Part shown: positions 28,967 to 41,059 of the stretch, one piece after another
How positions within the stretch are numbered: position 1 is the first letter of the stretch
Layout: every line of letters begins with the position of its first letter
Source: Nitrospirota bacterium
GTDB taxonomy: Bacteria; Nitrospirota; UBA9217
Length of the DNA: 64,000 nt
Direction of reading: 5' to 3'
Assembly (NCBI GenBank): GCA_963737155.1
Contig: CAVTRN010000001.1
Span: forward strand, 832,001-896,000
Translations under genes and position numbers: made by a program
The notes under the pieces: generated by a model
Told to the model about the DNA's origin: nothing
The model's database searches: none
Seen by the model: only the letters and a program-made list of their open reading frames with translations

Positions 28967-29622
28967 ATGGCTCATAGCTACTCAACATTCAGGCTTGGAA
29001 CCGACGAGGCCCATTATGTCCTTTATGCAAAGTTTCGTGACCTGAGCTACTTTGATCATCCACCCCTTGTCGGCCGGACCCACGCACTTTTTTTCAACAC
29101 GCTAGGTACGAATGAGTTCGTAGCGCGACTGCCCGCGATACTTTTTTTTGCCATCACATCATTTCTCTGCTATAGGTTCACACTTCCGATGGGAGGGAAG
29201 AGGCCTGTGCTGCTCGCAACTGCGGCACTGAACAGCTCGTTTCTTCTGAGTGGGCTTGGTCTTATGCTGTTCCTTGAGTCACTTTCCTACCACTCGTTTT
29301 TGCGCTCATGTATGCGGTCAGGAGGCTCGAACGCTCTCTTGAGTTCATGAACTTCATTTTACTCGGGCCGTTCCTGGGCTTCGCCGGTCTAGCCAAATAT
29401 ATGGCCATTTTGTTTGTCCTTGCAATTGCTCTTCACGTAGTGATTAAAAAGCGGTATAATCTACTTTTTAATCGCAGACTACTTATAACAGCGGCTGTTT
29501 CCTGTTATCATCATGCCCGTACTGTACCGGAATCAGAACGACTTTATGAGCTTCCGTTATCAGGTCGGCCATGTGGCCGCCACTCAAGACTTGCACAAAG
29601 TTTAAGACGATACCGGGTTTAG
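28967..29622 (+). pseudogene. Glycosyltransferase family 39 (ArnT/PMT-like), fragmented
   Basis: DEAHY..LSYFDHPPLVG and GLAKY motifs lie in different frames; truncated. Confidence 0.8.
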
Positions 29623-30561
29623 TATAGGTTATTACCACGTTATGTAGTGCTGACATTTGGCGACATCAACTAGGAGAAGCGATTGAGAATTAAAATAAAT
29701 CCCATACAGCCCGGGGTTCTGCTATATTTCTCATATTTATTTGGGGCTAGTCACACTCGTTCTGGAAGGACCAAGTTTAATAAACTCGAATAAACTCGTA
29801 AAAAAGCCGGTCGATCTGTTCATTTGACACTCAAAAATAAAAGTGGACTTGGCCAATCGCAATCAGATAAACTAACCGAAGACTACCGCATTCTTAAGTA
29901 TTCAGTATATTGTTTCCAATGGATACAGTATAAATCTTTAATTTCTTTAGATATATGTTTCCTTCAGAAACACATCTCGTTCAATAGTGGTTTTTGGACC
30001 ACACTGCTCACGAAAACAATGTAATAGGAGGTATTACTTTCCTTCTTGTAGTTCCGAAAGCCTGAAAAGAATCATAGAAATAGACGTTCTGAAATGATAT
30101 AAGTACTTGAAAAATTGTTTTAAAAAATTGTAATTGGGAGCTCGGCTTTTAAAGTGCTGGCAAATATTGTCGTTAACTGAGTCAAGGTGATGCACCCCTT
30201 TTAGATAATATAAAAGGGTATAAGCATTGCATGTAAACCTCAGAACGGTAGTTGTATATTGCTGATTTTGTCCAACAATACTGTCAAAAGTTTTATGAAA
30301 ACTAATGAGGCATGCATGAAACCACTGCGGGAACGGAGTGAAATTGCCTAAATGGCGTGCCTGATTTTTCAAAGACATACACTGTGCTTGTGTGGTTGAT
30401 AGGTTAAGAACGTTAAGAAAGGTTCAGAAGCGCTGGGTAATAAGGAGTAGCATAGAGGGGGAGAAATGACAATAAAGGATGTTCTCTCTGGATTCAATAT
30501 AGTTCTCTGTTTTTTATGCTTAATAGTTTGACAATACGTGTCCAAAAAGAGGAGGGTATTT

Positions 30562-32745
30562 ATGAAACGGATTTTCAACAGCTTGGTTCTTTTTGCAGTG
30601 GTGTTGCTTGCCGCCTGTAGCGGAGGCGGAGGTAGTACTACGCCGTCATCACCAAGTACATCAACAGGTACGGACTCTGTTGCAGTAGCCGTACAGAATC
30701 AAGCGCCAGCAGATGTTTGTCCATATGGTGGCATTACCGTACTGTCCGGAATTGTTACAAACAACACTGGCAGCCTCGATACGTCGGATGTTCAGAGCAC
30801 CCAGTATGTCTGCAATGGCGCGCCCGGCTCAACCGGCCCAACTGGCTCAACCGGCCCAACTGGAGCAACTGGAGCAACCGGCGCAACTGGAGCAACTGGA
30901 GCAACCGGTCCGGCGGGGAATAATGGTTCGAACGGTAAAAATACCCTTGTGTCCATCTCGAACGAACCGAGCGGCTCCATCTGTCCAACCGGAGGCGATA
31001 TTGTGAACGTAGGCCTGGATTCAGCGGGAACAGGTAGTCTTTTACCATCGGAAGTAATATCCACAAGTTATCTCTGCAACGGACCAGCCGGAGCAACTGG
31101 AGCAACTGGACCGACCGGAGCAACTGGACCGACCGGAGCAACTGGACCGACCGGAGCAACTGGACCGACCGGAGCAACTGGACCGACCGGAGCAACTGGA
31201 GCAACTGGAGCAACCGGAGCAACCGGAGCGACTGGAGCAACTGGAGCAACTGGAGCAACCGGCACGAACGGCTACAATACCTTGGTGACCATCACGTCCT
31301 TGACCTCGGGAACGTTTTGCCCTTACGGTGGGATTTTGATCAGCTCTGGAACTGATTCCAATAGAAATGGAATCCTCGATCCCAGTGAAGTTCAATACAC
31401 ATCCCATGTATGCAACAGTGCGACGATTATCGAGAGCATTTATATCTATCCACAGCCGGTTCTGACTTCTGCGAACCTTCTAGCGAGCGCCGTTGACCAG
31501 AACGGAGACTCCCTTACGTACTCCTGGACCATTGGAGGGACCAGTACGGCAACAGGAGCGAGCGCAATCTGGAATTCACCCGGCATCCCGGGCAATTATC
31601 TTGTGAATCTCGCGGTTAGCAATGGAACAGATACGGTAAACGGAACGAGCGGTGTAAGCGTTGGCAGCGCCAGCCCATGGCCTAAACGACACTGGGGTAT
31701 CCAATCAACCGGCTTAAGCCCGACAGATACGAGTGCTACGACAGGCACGACCGCAGAGAACATCATTACGCCAGGAGGTGTTTCCGCACTTGTCTCTTCC
31801 CCAGCCATCGGTGAAGACGGGACCGTGTACGTGGGGTCGACTAATGATATAGTCTATGCCATAAACCCGCATAATGGCGGGATCATATGGAGCTATCCGA
31901 CAGGAAGCTACGTGTGGTCTTCCCCGGCTGTTGGTGCTGATGGGACTGTGTACGTTGGGTCGTTTGATGGTAGCGTCTATGCCTTAATCTCGAATGGCAC
32001 AGCAACAACACCAACGCCCAAGTGGAAATTTACGACAGAAGGTGCAGTGTACTCCTCTCCGGCCATCGGAGCAGACGGGACCGTGTATGTGGGCTCGGAA
32101 GACGATTACGTCTATGCTATAACATCCAGCGGCACGCTCAAGTGGCGCTATCTGATGGGAGGCGAAGTGGAATCCTCCCCGGCCATTGGTGCAGACGGGA
32201 CCGTGTATGTGGGTGCGGATGACGATTATGTTTATGCTATAACTCCAATCGGTACTCTCAAGTGGCGCCATCTGACGGGAGGCGCAGTGCAATCCTCCCC
32301 GGCCATTGGCGCAGACGGGAGCGTGTATGTGGGGTCGAATGATGGTAATGTCTATGCTTTAACCCCCAACAACGGTACAATCATATGGAGCTATCCGACA
32401 GGAAGCGCAGTGGATTATTCCTCCCCAGCCATCGGTGCGGACGGGACCGTTTACGTTGGATCATCTAATGGTAATGTATATGCCTTAGCCCCTAATGGCA
32501 CACCAACACCAACCCTCGAGTGGATCTATACGACAGGAGGAGCGGTGGACTCTTCCCCGGCTATCGGTGCGGACGGGACCGTTTACGTGGGTTCGGATGA
32601 TAATAATATTTATGCTATATACCCTGATGGCACATTCAAGTGGGATTTTTCGACATCTAGTTCTGTAGAAGCCTCCCCGGCCATCGGTGCTGACGGGCAC
32701 ATTTACGTGGGGTCGGATAATGGCGAATTCTTTATTATGAAATGA
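30562..32745 (+). CDS. Lipoprotein with collagen-like repeats, Ig/PKD-like domain and 8-bladed PQQ-type beta-propeller
   Basis: Lipobox LAAC; three CPxGG modules; two Gly-X-Y tracts; eight [15 protein letters not shown] repeats. Confidence 0.9.
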   Translation: MKRIFNSLVLFAVVLLAACSGGGGSTTPSSPSTSTGTDSVAVAVQNQAPADVCPYGGITVLSGIVTNNTGSLDTSDVQSTQYVCNGAPGSTGPTGSTGPTGATGATGATGATGATGPAGNNGSNGKNTLVSISNEPSGSICPTGGDIVNVGLDSAGTGSLLPSEVISTSYLCNGPAGATGATGPTGATGPTGATGPTGATGPTGATGPTGATGATGATGATGATGATGATGATGTNGYNTLVTITSLTSGTFCPYGGILISSGTDSNRNGILDPSEVQYTSHVCNSATIIESIYIYPQPVLTSANLLASAVDQNGDSLTYSWTIGGTSTATGASAIWNSPGIPGNYLVNLAVSNGTDTVNGTSGVSVGSASPWPKRHWGIQSTGLSPTDTSATTGTTAENIITPGGVSALVSSPAIGEDGTVYVGSTNDIVYAINPHNGGIIWSYPTGSYVWSSPAVGADGTVYVGSFDGSVYALISNGTATTPTPKWKFTTEGAVYSSPAIGADGTVYVGSEDDYVYAITSSGTLKWRYLMGGEVESSPAIGADGTVYVGADDDYVYAITPIGTLKWRHLTGGAVQSSPAIGADGSVYVGSNDGNVYALTPNNGTIIWSYPTGSAVDYSSPAIGADGTVYVGSSNGNVYALAPNGTPTPTLEWIYTTGGAVDSSPAIGADGTVYVGSDDNNIYAIYPDGTFKWDFSTSSSVEASPAIGADGHIYVGSDNGEFFIMK
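30817..30942 (+). repeat. Collagen-like tract 1 (14 Gly-X-Y)
   Basis: 9-nt periodic GGA GCA ACT/ACC units. Confidence 0.9.
31081..31278 (+). repeat. Collagen-like tract 2 (22 Gly-X-Y)
   Basis: Includes five exact copies of GGACCGACCGGAGCAACT (31108-31197). Confidence 0.9.
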
Positions 32746-32762
32746 AGAAAGATGCTTTGAAT

Positions 32763-32790
32763 GAGGCGGGGCATGGCCCCGCCTCTTTTT
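32763..32790 (+). terminator. Rho-independent terminator
   Basis: GAGGCGGGGC-ATG-GCCCCGCCTC-TTTTT after the lipoprotein stop. Confidence 0.9.
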
Positions 32791-33002
32791 GAAGATATGG
32801 TGCACAATCGAATTGCTTCTCGATGTTTGACAAACGTACTATCCTAGGGAAATCTTATTCATGATTCTCCCAATGTTCTTTACTCCTATCACAAAATTAG
32901 CATTGCAGAACAGAACCGGCTGAAACAGTAAAATATCTCCTACCAATACGCTAATCGGAAGATTCAGCTCGCACTTTCATCTGATGACCGAAAGACTTCT
33001 TC

Positions 33003-36000
33003 ATGACCGCTACTGATGATTCTGCAAAAGAAAAAATCCTCGTCGCCATGCGCGCATATCATGGGGGCAAGGTGTATCTCATGGGTCCTTCAGGGCTTGT
33101 CGACGCGGGGTTTAGCCTCTATCACGACAATGAGGTTTCATCGATCGAATGGGACAGGAACTTTGCGTGTCTTCATGTCCGGATAGGCCATGCCGGCCGC
33201 GTGGTCGTGAATGTCCGGATCAGGGAAGGCCAGCTTACGTTTTCCTGTACCTGCTCACGAGTAAATAAGGAAAGCGGCTGCGAGCATACGGTCTGTGCGG
33301 TCCTGACTCTCAAAAACCTGTTGATGCCCGAGGTGTTCAAACCAAAAACTCCAAATCCCGCGTATCGCCGAACGTTGCTGGCCGGGTTAACCGGGGCCTT
33401 ACGGGATACCCGGAAAACAAAGTCTAATGCCGGTTATTCCATTGTCCTGGAGCGTAATGACACCGGGGTATCCGATGTCTATGTGGCAATGGGAGGCGAG
33501 CGGCTGACAAAGCTTGCAGACATACTCCGGTCCCCTGTACTCGAGCTTGCAGCTGCCGATTTGCATTTTCTCCAAAAGATCGATGTGCTTATCGGGTTTC
33601 TGAAGCGCAAGAAGAATAAATATCCGGTCATCATCAGGATGGAGGGAAAAGACGCGGAAGCAGAATTCGAGTCCACACTGTTTCCCGAAGCTTTCACCGA
33701 GCTTGCGCTGAACGGCGAAGAGGTTTCCGTAATCAAAGGCCTGCGAGATCTGGACCTGCTAAATTTGCGATTCGTCCTTTTCGGTGATCTTGCATTTTTC
33801 CCCGAGATGGGAAAACTGGCGGTGGTTGAAAACACAAAGGGTTGGGAAACATGGCGAGCATTCGAACGCGAAACTAAAACAACCATACATGACGGAGGTG
33901 GATCCGAGCCCGAAGGGGCAGTCCGTTTCTCCATACCGGTCGACCGGTTCGAAATCATGCAGCACGCTTGTCTGGCAGGCGTGAGCACTAAAGGAAAAAA
34001 GGACATACTCTTTACGCTCAACGGGAAAAAGGCCTGGCCCGCCCCAATAGCCCTCGAGCCGCGCATGACTATCATACTGCCGGAGAAGAGTGCTGGTTCA
34101 GCGCTCCTGCGCGCGGAGTGCGCGCACGGTGCCATTGCCGGTTCGATCGATTTTCGCCGCTTCCGTTTCTTTGAGGATCTCACCCTGTTGTTGTTCCGTA
34201 ATTCGCACGCTAAAAAAAGCAGGGAAGCGCTGGTGTGCGCCTTTTTTGAACTTATGGATGCAAAGTCGGATGCTCAGTCCGAAAAAATCATCAGGACCGC
34301 GCTTGATGAAGGCGAAATCGTGAAGCGCGAAATGCGGAACGCTGCACGAGCCCTCCTGCAGCCGCACCGGCGCGGGCGGAAAACAGACGATGAGCAGGTG
34401 TTCGCTCAAGGCGGCAAATGGCACATTGCTTTTCACGACAACGAACGCGAAGCGCTCCTGTTCAGGATTCCTTACGAGGTCTTTGGCTGGGAGCTCTTCG
34501 AAAACGCGGCAACCACCGGCAACATGCGCGTTCCGGCTGATCTTCTCCATGACCGCCTCCCCCTGCTATGCGACCGCTTTTCGAACCATGGCATCGGGCT
34601 TTTTCTGAAGGGAAAGCCGGTGCGGCAGGCGCGCTGGGAATTTGCGGTGACCGCCTCACGAAAAGCGGACATAGATTGGCTCGAGATAAAGCCGGAAATT
34701 CGGTGCGACGGCAGGCTGGTGGACGATATTTCACTGGGCGCGCTCTTTACCGGCCGCAACGTTGTTGAAGAAGACGAATTTATTCAAATACTCGATGCAA
34801 ATACGCAAAAAGTCCTTGCGCGGATAATGGCCGTATACCGGGCCTCCGAAGCGCGTGGCAAGAATGAGCGCGAGCCTGTGCGCGTACCCAGACTCCAGAT
34901 TCTCGACTGGGCAGCGCTCCGGAACAGCGGTGTAACCGTCTGGCTTCCGCCCGAGGACGAGTCTCTCGTCGAGCGTCTGCTGAATTTCAAAAAGATCGAG
35001 GACAAACCGCTCCCGGAAGGGCTTCAGGCAACGCTTCGACCCTATCAACGGGAGGGTTACTCCTGGCTCGCCTTTCTGTATGAACATCGTCTCGGTGCCT
35101 GCCTTGCCGATGACATGGGGCTCGGTAAAACCGTTCAGGCCATCAGTCTCTTGGGCGGCATCCATGAAGGCATTGTGGAGTCTCAAAGGGGCGCCGGGGG
35201 TCTTCCTCATCTGATTGTCGTGCCGCCCAGCCTGGTGTTCAATTGGGAGCAAGAGCTGAACAGGTTCTATCCCCGCCTCAGGGTCCATATCTACACCGGT
35301 AGCGTGCGAAGCGACGACTTTGACAATTCCGACGTGGTGCTGACGACCTATGGAACTGCCCGGCGGGATATAGAGAAGCTCAAGGACAGGCAGTTTCATG
35401 TAATTATTTTCGATGAAGCCCAGACCATCAAGAACCTCTACGCCGATACGACCGGCGCCATACGTCGGCTGCGGGGTTTTTTCAAAATCGCGATGACCGG
35501 CACGCCGGTGGAAAACCATCTGGGCGAATATTACTCCATCGTGGATCTTGCCGTGCCGGGTTTACTTGGAGAATATGACCGATTCAGGCCCCTCATCAAG
35601 TCCAGTACCACCGCGGACCTTGATGTTATTATCGGGAGGACGCGGCCCTTTGTGCTCAGACGCACGAAGGAAGCGGTGCTCTTGGACCTCCCCCTCAAGA
35701 CCGAAATGGACTTCTACCTCGATATGACGGAGGAGCAGAAGGCGCTCTATCAAAAGACGGTGGAGCAGGTGCGAAGGACTGTTGACGAGGCATACCAGAT
35801 GAAAATTTCCTCCCAGGCCAGGATTATCGCGCTCACGGCCATCTTGAAGCTCCGGCAGATCTGCATTGCCCCTCGGCTTGCCGACCGGGAACTCGCGGGG
35901 GCTTCTCCGAAAATGGATTTTCTGATCGCGCAGCTTCGGGAATTGATGGACGAAAACCACAGCACCCTTGTGTTCTCTCAGTTTACCTCCGTTCTTGACA

Positions 36001-36473
36001 TTCTCGGCGAAGCGTTGGACCGGGGCGGGATCCACTATTTTCGTCTTGATGGGTCCACACCAACGACAAAACGGAAAACACTGGTGAAACAGTTTCAATC
36101 AAGCGAAGGGCCATCAGTTTTTCTTCTTAGCCTCAAGGCGGGCGGCCAGGGATTGAATCTGACGCGGGCTTCCTATGTCTTTCACCTTGATCCCTGGTGG
36201 AATCCCGCGGTGGAGAGCCAGGCCTCGGACCGGGCGCACCGCATCGGCCAAAAGAACAAGGTGACAATTACGAGACTTCTCATGCGGCATACTATCGAGG
36301 AAAAGATGATGGAGCTGAAGAAAAGAAAGGGGGCGCTTTACGATGCCATTCTCGGCGATGGAGCGATGATCAACAAAAGCACCGCAATTTCGCGCGACGA
36401 TTTTGTTTTTCTGCTGGATTCGACGGAAAATACGGAAAACCAAAACGGGCGGCAGTTATTAAAACCGATTTGA
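33003..36473 (+). CDS. SWIM zinc-finger SNF2-family helicase
   Basis: FSCTC..CEH (SWIM), LADDMGLGKT, DEAQ, TGTPVEN and QASDRAHRIGQ motifs. Confidence 0.93.
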   Translation: MTATDDSAKEKILVAMRAYHGGKVYLMGPSGLVDAGFSLYHDNEVSSIEWDRNFACLHVRIGHAGRVVVNVRIREGQLTFSCTCSRVNKESGCEHTVCAVLTLKNLLMPEVFKPKTPNPAYRRTLLAGLTGALRDTRKTKSNAGYSIVLERNDTGVSDVYVAMGGERLTKLADILRSPVLELAAADLHFLQKIDVLIGFLKRKKNKYPVIIRMEGKDAEAEFESTLFPEAFTELALNGEEVSVIKGLRDLDLLNLRFVLFGDLAFFPEMGKLAVVENTKGWETWRAFERETKTTIHDGGGSEPEGAVRFSIPVDRFEIMQHACLAGVSTKGKKDILFTLNGKKAWPAPIALEPRMTIILPEKSAGSALLRAECAHGAIAGSIDFRRFRFFEDLTLLLFRNSHAKKSREALVCAFFELMDAKSDAQSEKIIRTALDEGEIVKREMRNAARALLQPHRRGRKTDDEQVFAQGGKWHIAFHDNEREALLFRIPYEVFGWELFENAATTGNMRVPADLLHDRLPLLCDRFSNHGIGLFLKGKPVRQARWEFAVTASRKADIDWLEIKPEIRCDGRLVDDISLGALFTGRNVVEEDEFIQILDANTQKVLARIMAVYRASEARGKNEREPVRVPRLQILDWAALRNSGVTVWLPPEDESLVERLLNFKKIEDKPLPEGLQATLRPYQREGYSWLAFLYEHRLGACLADDMGLGKTVQAISLLGGIHEGIVESQRGAGGLPHLIVVPPSLVFNWEQELNRFYPRLRVHIYTGSVRSDDFDNSDVVLTTYGTARRDIEKLKDRQFHVIIFDEAQTIKNLYADTTGAIRRLRGFFKIAMTGTPVENHLGEYYSIVDLAVPGLLGEYDRFRPLIKSSTTADLDVIIGRTRPFVLRRTKEAVLLDLPLKTEMDFYLDMTEEQKALYQKTVEQVRRTVDEAYQMKISSQARIIALTAILKLRQICIAPRLADRELAGASPKMDFLIAQLRELMDENHSTLVFSQFTSVLDILGEALDRGGIHYFRLDGSTPTTKRKTLVKQFQSSEGPSVFLLSLKAGGQGLNLTRASYVFHLDPWWNPAVESQASDRAHRIGQKNKVTITRLLMRHTIEEKMMELKKRKGALYDAILGDGAMINKSTAISRDDFVFLLDSTENTENQNGRQLLKPI

Positions 36474-36757
36474 CGCGGTAAGACGGACATCTTCCGGAAC
36501 ACACCCGTGAACATGACAAGCTGCAAGACAATGATAATAACTTCAATATCTGGCGATGATCGCCGGTATGATATCGATCCCCTGGGAATGATGTGCTCCA
36601 CTATCCTGAGATGATATTTAGGCGCAACCTCCGTCATCTACGTTGCAGCCCCATAATGAGCGAATATGAGGTTTCCCCTCCGAACAAAATCTTCAGCACT
36701 CGCAGGTGAACTGACCCCGACCGATGCAAAGAGAAGTGCTGCCACAATCTTTTCATC

Positions 36758-37102
36758 TTATTCCTCATCAGAATGGCCACCCACCCGCCTCATCGGGTAT
36801 CCTGCCTTTTTCCAGCCTTCTACCCCGCCGCCTAGAACACTGACATTCTGAAATCCCTTCTCCATATACTCTGCCGCCCGACCGGCGGCACTCGCCTCTT
36901 TTGCTCAAGCACAATAAAAAATAATTTCCTGTTCGTTGGAAAAAGAGGCGATCTTATTTTTAAACTCATTTAACGACATAGCCCCTTCAAGATGCGCATT
37001 CCTGAACTTTTCCTCGTCCTCATAAGCACAGACAAGGATGGCTTGTCCGGATAGGACTTTTATTCTTGCCTCTTCAGCAGGAATCCTTACGGGTTCTGCC
37101 AT
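36758..37102 (-). CDS. Rhodanese-like selenoprotein (CxU motif, Sec66)
   Basis: In-frame TGA (36905-36907) at IIFYCA*; the rhodanese fold continues in frame (ASAAGRAAEYMEKGFQNVSVLGGGVEGWKKAGYP); SECIS-like hairpin downstream. Confidence 0.85.
36868..36904 (-). promoter_or_regulatory. Bacterial SECIS element
   Basis: TGCCGCC-GGTCG-GGCGGCA stem-loop beginning 14 nt after the UGA, with G at the start of the loop. Confidence 0.7.
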
Positions 37103-37739
37103 ATTCCTACCCCCTGGATTGACGGTTGTAATATTATATTTCAAGTATAACACAGGTAGGAAATGAGGTAAGGTTGTCCCCCGCCAATCTACAAAAGACA
37201 TTTCTGAATAGAGCCAACTCAAATTCTTCATGATGCAACTTATAAAAAATTCACTCCAAAATCTGGTAAAGGGAATAAGGGTGTGTTCCTCCAGGCGTTT
37301 ATGGATAGGGATATTAAGTGGTATAGAGATGCAAGGATTATAACGATAAAGGTTCAGTCAATGGGACGACTGTCAGTTTTAGGGGGCCATCGTCACAAAT
37401 TACCTTCTGTAACCTTCTAGCCCCAACGAGAATTCTCCAGCAAACAACGCTTAAAATTTTTTCATTTTTTTATAATCACCTTATCGCTGCAATCCTCGCA
37501 TACGACCACTACACTGACATATACATCCTGTGTTACTCTTGTCAAGGATCAATTTCTTCAATTCCTAATATTATTATCTCGTATGGAGTGCGAAACAGTG
37601 TGTTCGCTGTTCCACTAAACTACATAACGATTGATATGAAACGATTCATATGAATCCGAGGTGCTTTAAGATGTCCACTAAACGTATTCTACCATGATTA
37701 TGGAGCCCCCTTAACCGTTCAAAGAATGCTCTAACACTG

Positions 37740-40736
37740 TCATTTCAATTGAAAGTCAGCACGGAGGTTGCTAACTTTGCCTTTTCCGTTTACAAGAGTC
37801 CCGGCCCCTACTATGAAGATGCGACCCGGCTCTATCTGCCCCGACTGCAACAGGTAGGCTTCGACCGCACGCGCGCGCTCTGCTGCCAGCTCCTTCAGGT
37901 CGTCATCAGTTACCTTCAGGTTGGCTAACATGAGCTTCTCCATCTCAGACACGGGCAGGTCTTTAGCGATGCCGATAAAATTACGAGGCTTTGGAAACTT
38001 TTCTTCCTTGTATGCTCGCTTCAGGAGCAGGGGATATTCCTGGGGCGTCACGGTTACTGACCCGAGGGAGGAGATGTCACCATTTTTTCCTGCCAGTTGC
38101 CTGATCTTCTGAGCTTTGATTCTTATTAACAAGAGGCTTTGCTTCAGCCCATCACGGTCTTTTTCTGGGTCTGCGTTGCCGATAATGTCCATCTTAAGCG
38201 CGGGTCGGTCGTGAAGTGCTTTCTCAAGAATATCGAGCTTCTTGATTGTATCGGTCGTCAGGGCCGCCGAACCGGCCTTGAACTCTGCATACCCAAGCTG
38301 CTCATTACTGCCGAAGATGGCGCCTAGAAGCGCAAAAGGAGATGTGGCGGCCTTTTCAAGAAGGTTCACGATGACTTTGAGGATGACGCCCTGCACGCTG
38401 AACTTGGGATCTCTCAGTTCACCCGATACGGGTATGTCGAGCTTTATCTCGCCGTTGCGATCTTTCAGAAGCGCCACAGCCAGTCTCACGGGCAACGATG
38501 TTGCATCAAGGCTTTGAACATGGTCCCCGAAGGTGAACTGGTCCAGGAAAATATTGTTCTTTGCATCGAGCTTGTTCTTATTGATAAGGTATTGAAGCTG
38601 AAACGAGAGATTTCCTTTCTGGATCGTATAGCCGGCGTAGTGTCCTGAATATGGGCTGAGCGAGGTGAGATCCATGTCCTTGAAATCTGCCTTAAGATCT
38701 ACATACAGATCATTGCGAAGCGGGTTTACCTTGCCAGTGATCTCAAGGGGCGCCGATTCATTATATTTTCCGCTGAGTTCGAATACGCCGAGTATGTTTT
38801 GCTCCGACGAGAGTCCGGAAACGTTACCGCTGATCTCGCTCAGGTTCGAGGTGAACCGCGGTTTGATGCTGCGGTCGGTAAAGTTAACCGTACCTCCCTT
38901 GAAAATGATCTTGTCGATGCGAACACTATAAGGATGCGATTGCAGCTGCCTGTCTGCTTCCGGGGCCCATTTTTTTATGGCCTCCTGTCTCGGAGCAACG
39001 TTGTTCGAGTCGGGTGTCTCGGGCTTGAATGCCTCCAGCAGATTTATCGTCCGGTCCTCATTCATAGTGATTTGTGAAGAAAAATTGGATAGTGCAATTT
39101 CGCCGATGCGCAGAGACAGCGGAGCGGAGCGAGCTTCTATTCCTCGCACGAAGAGCGCGTTCCACTTGAATAGATCTTCTGCATTCTTTTTGTCGAGCAA
39201 GGAGAACCTCTTGATGCTGAGTCTCCCGCTGACGGATGCACGCAGCTCCTCCGCGTTTTTTCGTCCTACGATAAGGCTGCCGCTCGCGGTCAACAGACCG
39301 TCAGCAAGTAAAACCTGCGTTCGTCCGGCTAGATAGGGTTGCAGAAGCTTGAGACGGACATCATCGACTTTCGCCGCGAGGTCGGCGGCAAAAGGATCCG
39401 GTGTGAGGTCGCCGTTGGCCGAAGCAGATCCTCCTTGATCGATGCGGAAGGATAGCGCGACTGTCCCTTTTGTGTTTTTTTCAGTAGAAATATTTTGCGC
39501 TTTAAACTGGATCGCGGAGATGGTGGCTCCAAAAGGCTCTACGAGACTCTGATCCGCTATTTTAACGGTATAATCATCAACGACGAAGGACTTTAGCGCT
39601 ATAGTCCATGGAGCAGCAGCGTTTTTCTCCTCAGCGATTCTCTGGGGTGGTGCTGCCGGGGATGACTCCAGCAGCGGATTTATATTCATCCGGCCGTTCT
39701 TCAAACGGGAGATTGTCAATCGACCCTTTTCGGTTGTAACAGCCCCGATGTCAATTTTTCTTCCTTCAAGATCGAATAAAATGTCTTTAACGCTCAAAAG
39801 AGGAATGTTGATAAACTGCGATCCCTTCTCCCGGGTGCTTATCCCAATGTCCCTGATCCGCGTTTCGCCGGTCAGAGCAAGAACCGGCGCGTGTTTGGTA
39901 TACTCGTGGTAGGTAAGCCTCATCATTATGTCGAGTTTTCCTGACAGCACCTTGATTTTGGGCTGTACGGGTGCGTAAGCCAAATATTTGGGGATGTCTA
40001 TATCTTTGAGCGCAATATCCAGCGACGTCTCTCGAGAGTCAGAGAATATCTTGGATGCGCCGTTGATGATCACCTGCTTGCCGTCTATCAGCGCGCGAAG
40101 CGAAGGCTGAACAAATGTATCGACATAGGCAGGAAGGTTTGAAATGAAAGGTATCGAAAGATCTATCTGCTTTATTTCGTGCTTCGCTGCAGCCAGTCGA
40201 TCGTCAAATACGATGTCACCATCTTTGATCTGGATATTGCTTAATGAAAATACCAAGGGCTTGCTCGGTTTTTCGGACACGGTGGCTTCCTGCGTAGAAC
40301 GGAGTCTGTCTACGAGCGGAGAAAAACTATATGTATTCATATTTGTTCGTATCATATGAACATAAGGCTTTTCAAGCTTGACCTCTCCGATTACCGGCCC
40401 TCCTTTGAATAGTGATATCAGTTTTGTGTCAACATAAAGTTTATTGAAAGAAATAAAAGTGGCTTGACCGTCAGCTTCCTTGATCTCAAAGTTATTGATA
40501 ACTATCGTAAAAGTATAGGGATTGAAACGAATCGATTCGAGATTTACGGCTCGGCCGAGCTGTACGCTCAATTTTTCCGTCGCAATCTTCTTGGCATAAT
40601 AAGGCAGGATGAAAAATCCAGAAATCGAGTAAATGACAAAAAAAGCGAGTAACAGGGTACCTGCCAATCGAACCTTGTGTGTTTTGAGTAGGTTATAACG
40701 GCCTAAAGAATATTTTTCGTGCTTGGGGCTGTTCAC
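37740..40736 (-). CDS. DUF748 (AsmA-like) protein with OmpA-like C-terminus
   Basis: N-terminal TM, repeated beta-taco segments, LSPYSGHYAGY, LPVRLAVALLKD and KAATSPFALL motifs. Confidence 0.85.
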   Translation of the reverse strand: MNSPKHEKYSLGRYNLLKTHKVRLAGTLLLAFFVIYSISGFFILPYYAKKIATEKLSVQLGRAVNLESIRFNPYTFTIVINNFEIKEADGQATFISFNKLYVDTKLISLFKGGPVIGEVKLEKPYVHMIRTNMNTYSFSPLVDRLRSTQEATVSEKPSKPLVFSLSNIQIKDGDIVFDDRLAAAKHEIKQIDLSIPFISNLPAYVDTFVQPSLRALIDGKQVIINGASKIFSDSRETSLDIALKDIDIPKYLAYAPVQPKIKVLSGKLDIMMRLTYHEYTKHAPVLALTGETRIRDIGISTREKGSQFINIPLLSVKDILFDLEGRKIDIGAVTTEKGRLTISRLKNGRMNINPLLESSPAAPPQRIAEEKNAAAPWTIALKSFVVDDYTVKIADQSLVEPFGATISAIQFKAQNISTEKNTKGTVALSFRIDQGGSASANGDLTPDPFAADLAAKVDDVRLKLLQPYLAGRTQVLLADGLLTASGSLIVGRKNAEELRASVSGRLSIKRFSLLDKKNAEDLFKWNALFVRGIEARSAPLSLRIGEIALSNFSSQITMNEDRTINLLEAFKPETPDSNNVAPRQEAIKKWAPEADRQLQSHPYSVRIDKIIFKGGTVNFTDRSIKPRFTSNLSEISGNVSGLSSEQNILGVFELSGKYNESAPLEITGKVNPLRNDLYVDLKADFKDMDLTSLSPYSGHYAGYTIQKGNLSFQLQYLINKNKLDAKNNIFLDQFTFGDHVQSLDATSLPVRLAVALLKDRNGEIKLDIPVSGELRDPKFSVQGVILKVIVNLLEKAATSPFALLGAIFGSNEQLGYAEFKAGSAALTTDTIKKLDILEKALHDRPALKMDIIGNADPEKDRDGLKQSLLLIRIKAQKIRQLAGKNGDISSLGSVTVTPQEYPLLLKRAYKEEKFPKPRNFIGIAKDLPVSEMEKLMLANLKVTDDDLKELAAERARAVEAYLLQSGQIEPGRIFIVGAGTLVNGKGKVSNLRADFQLK

Positions 40737-41059
40737 ATTGCGCCTCCCGATCAGCTAATATATATTCTATCCAAGGTAGAAATGAATGGCAAGGCCAGGC
40801 AAAGATAGATGTTACTAAAGTGCACTTTATAGAGAGGGTCGTTCTTACATGGCATCGCGGCCAGAATGGCAAAGAACTTGCGATAGATGGTTTTCTTGCT
40901 ATATAAATAATGCTGGAGGGAGTGTAACAAACAGGATTCGAAATTATCTGGATTCTTAAAATGGATATATATTATTTCCAACTAAGTAAGCTTGCATGCA
41001 TAACAAGTCCGCAAATAGCAATAAATGCGCATTTTACGCTATCAACACATTATCAGAAA

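Noticed and set aside
30817-31278. Tandem repeats as a CRISPR array
   Set aside because: No unique spacers; in-frame Gly-X-Y coding repeats; no cas genes.
36905-37231. 108-aa ORF ending at IIFYCA
   Set aside because: Start is too far upstream and the stop is better explained as a Sec codon.
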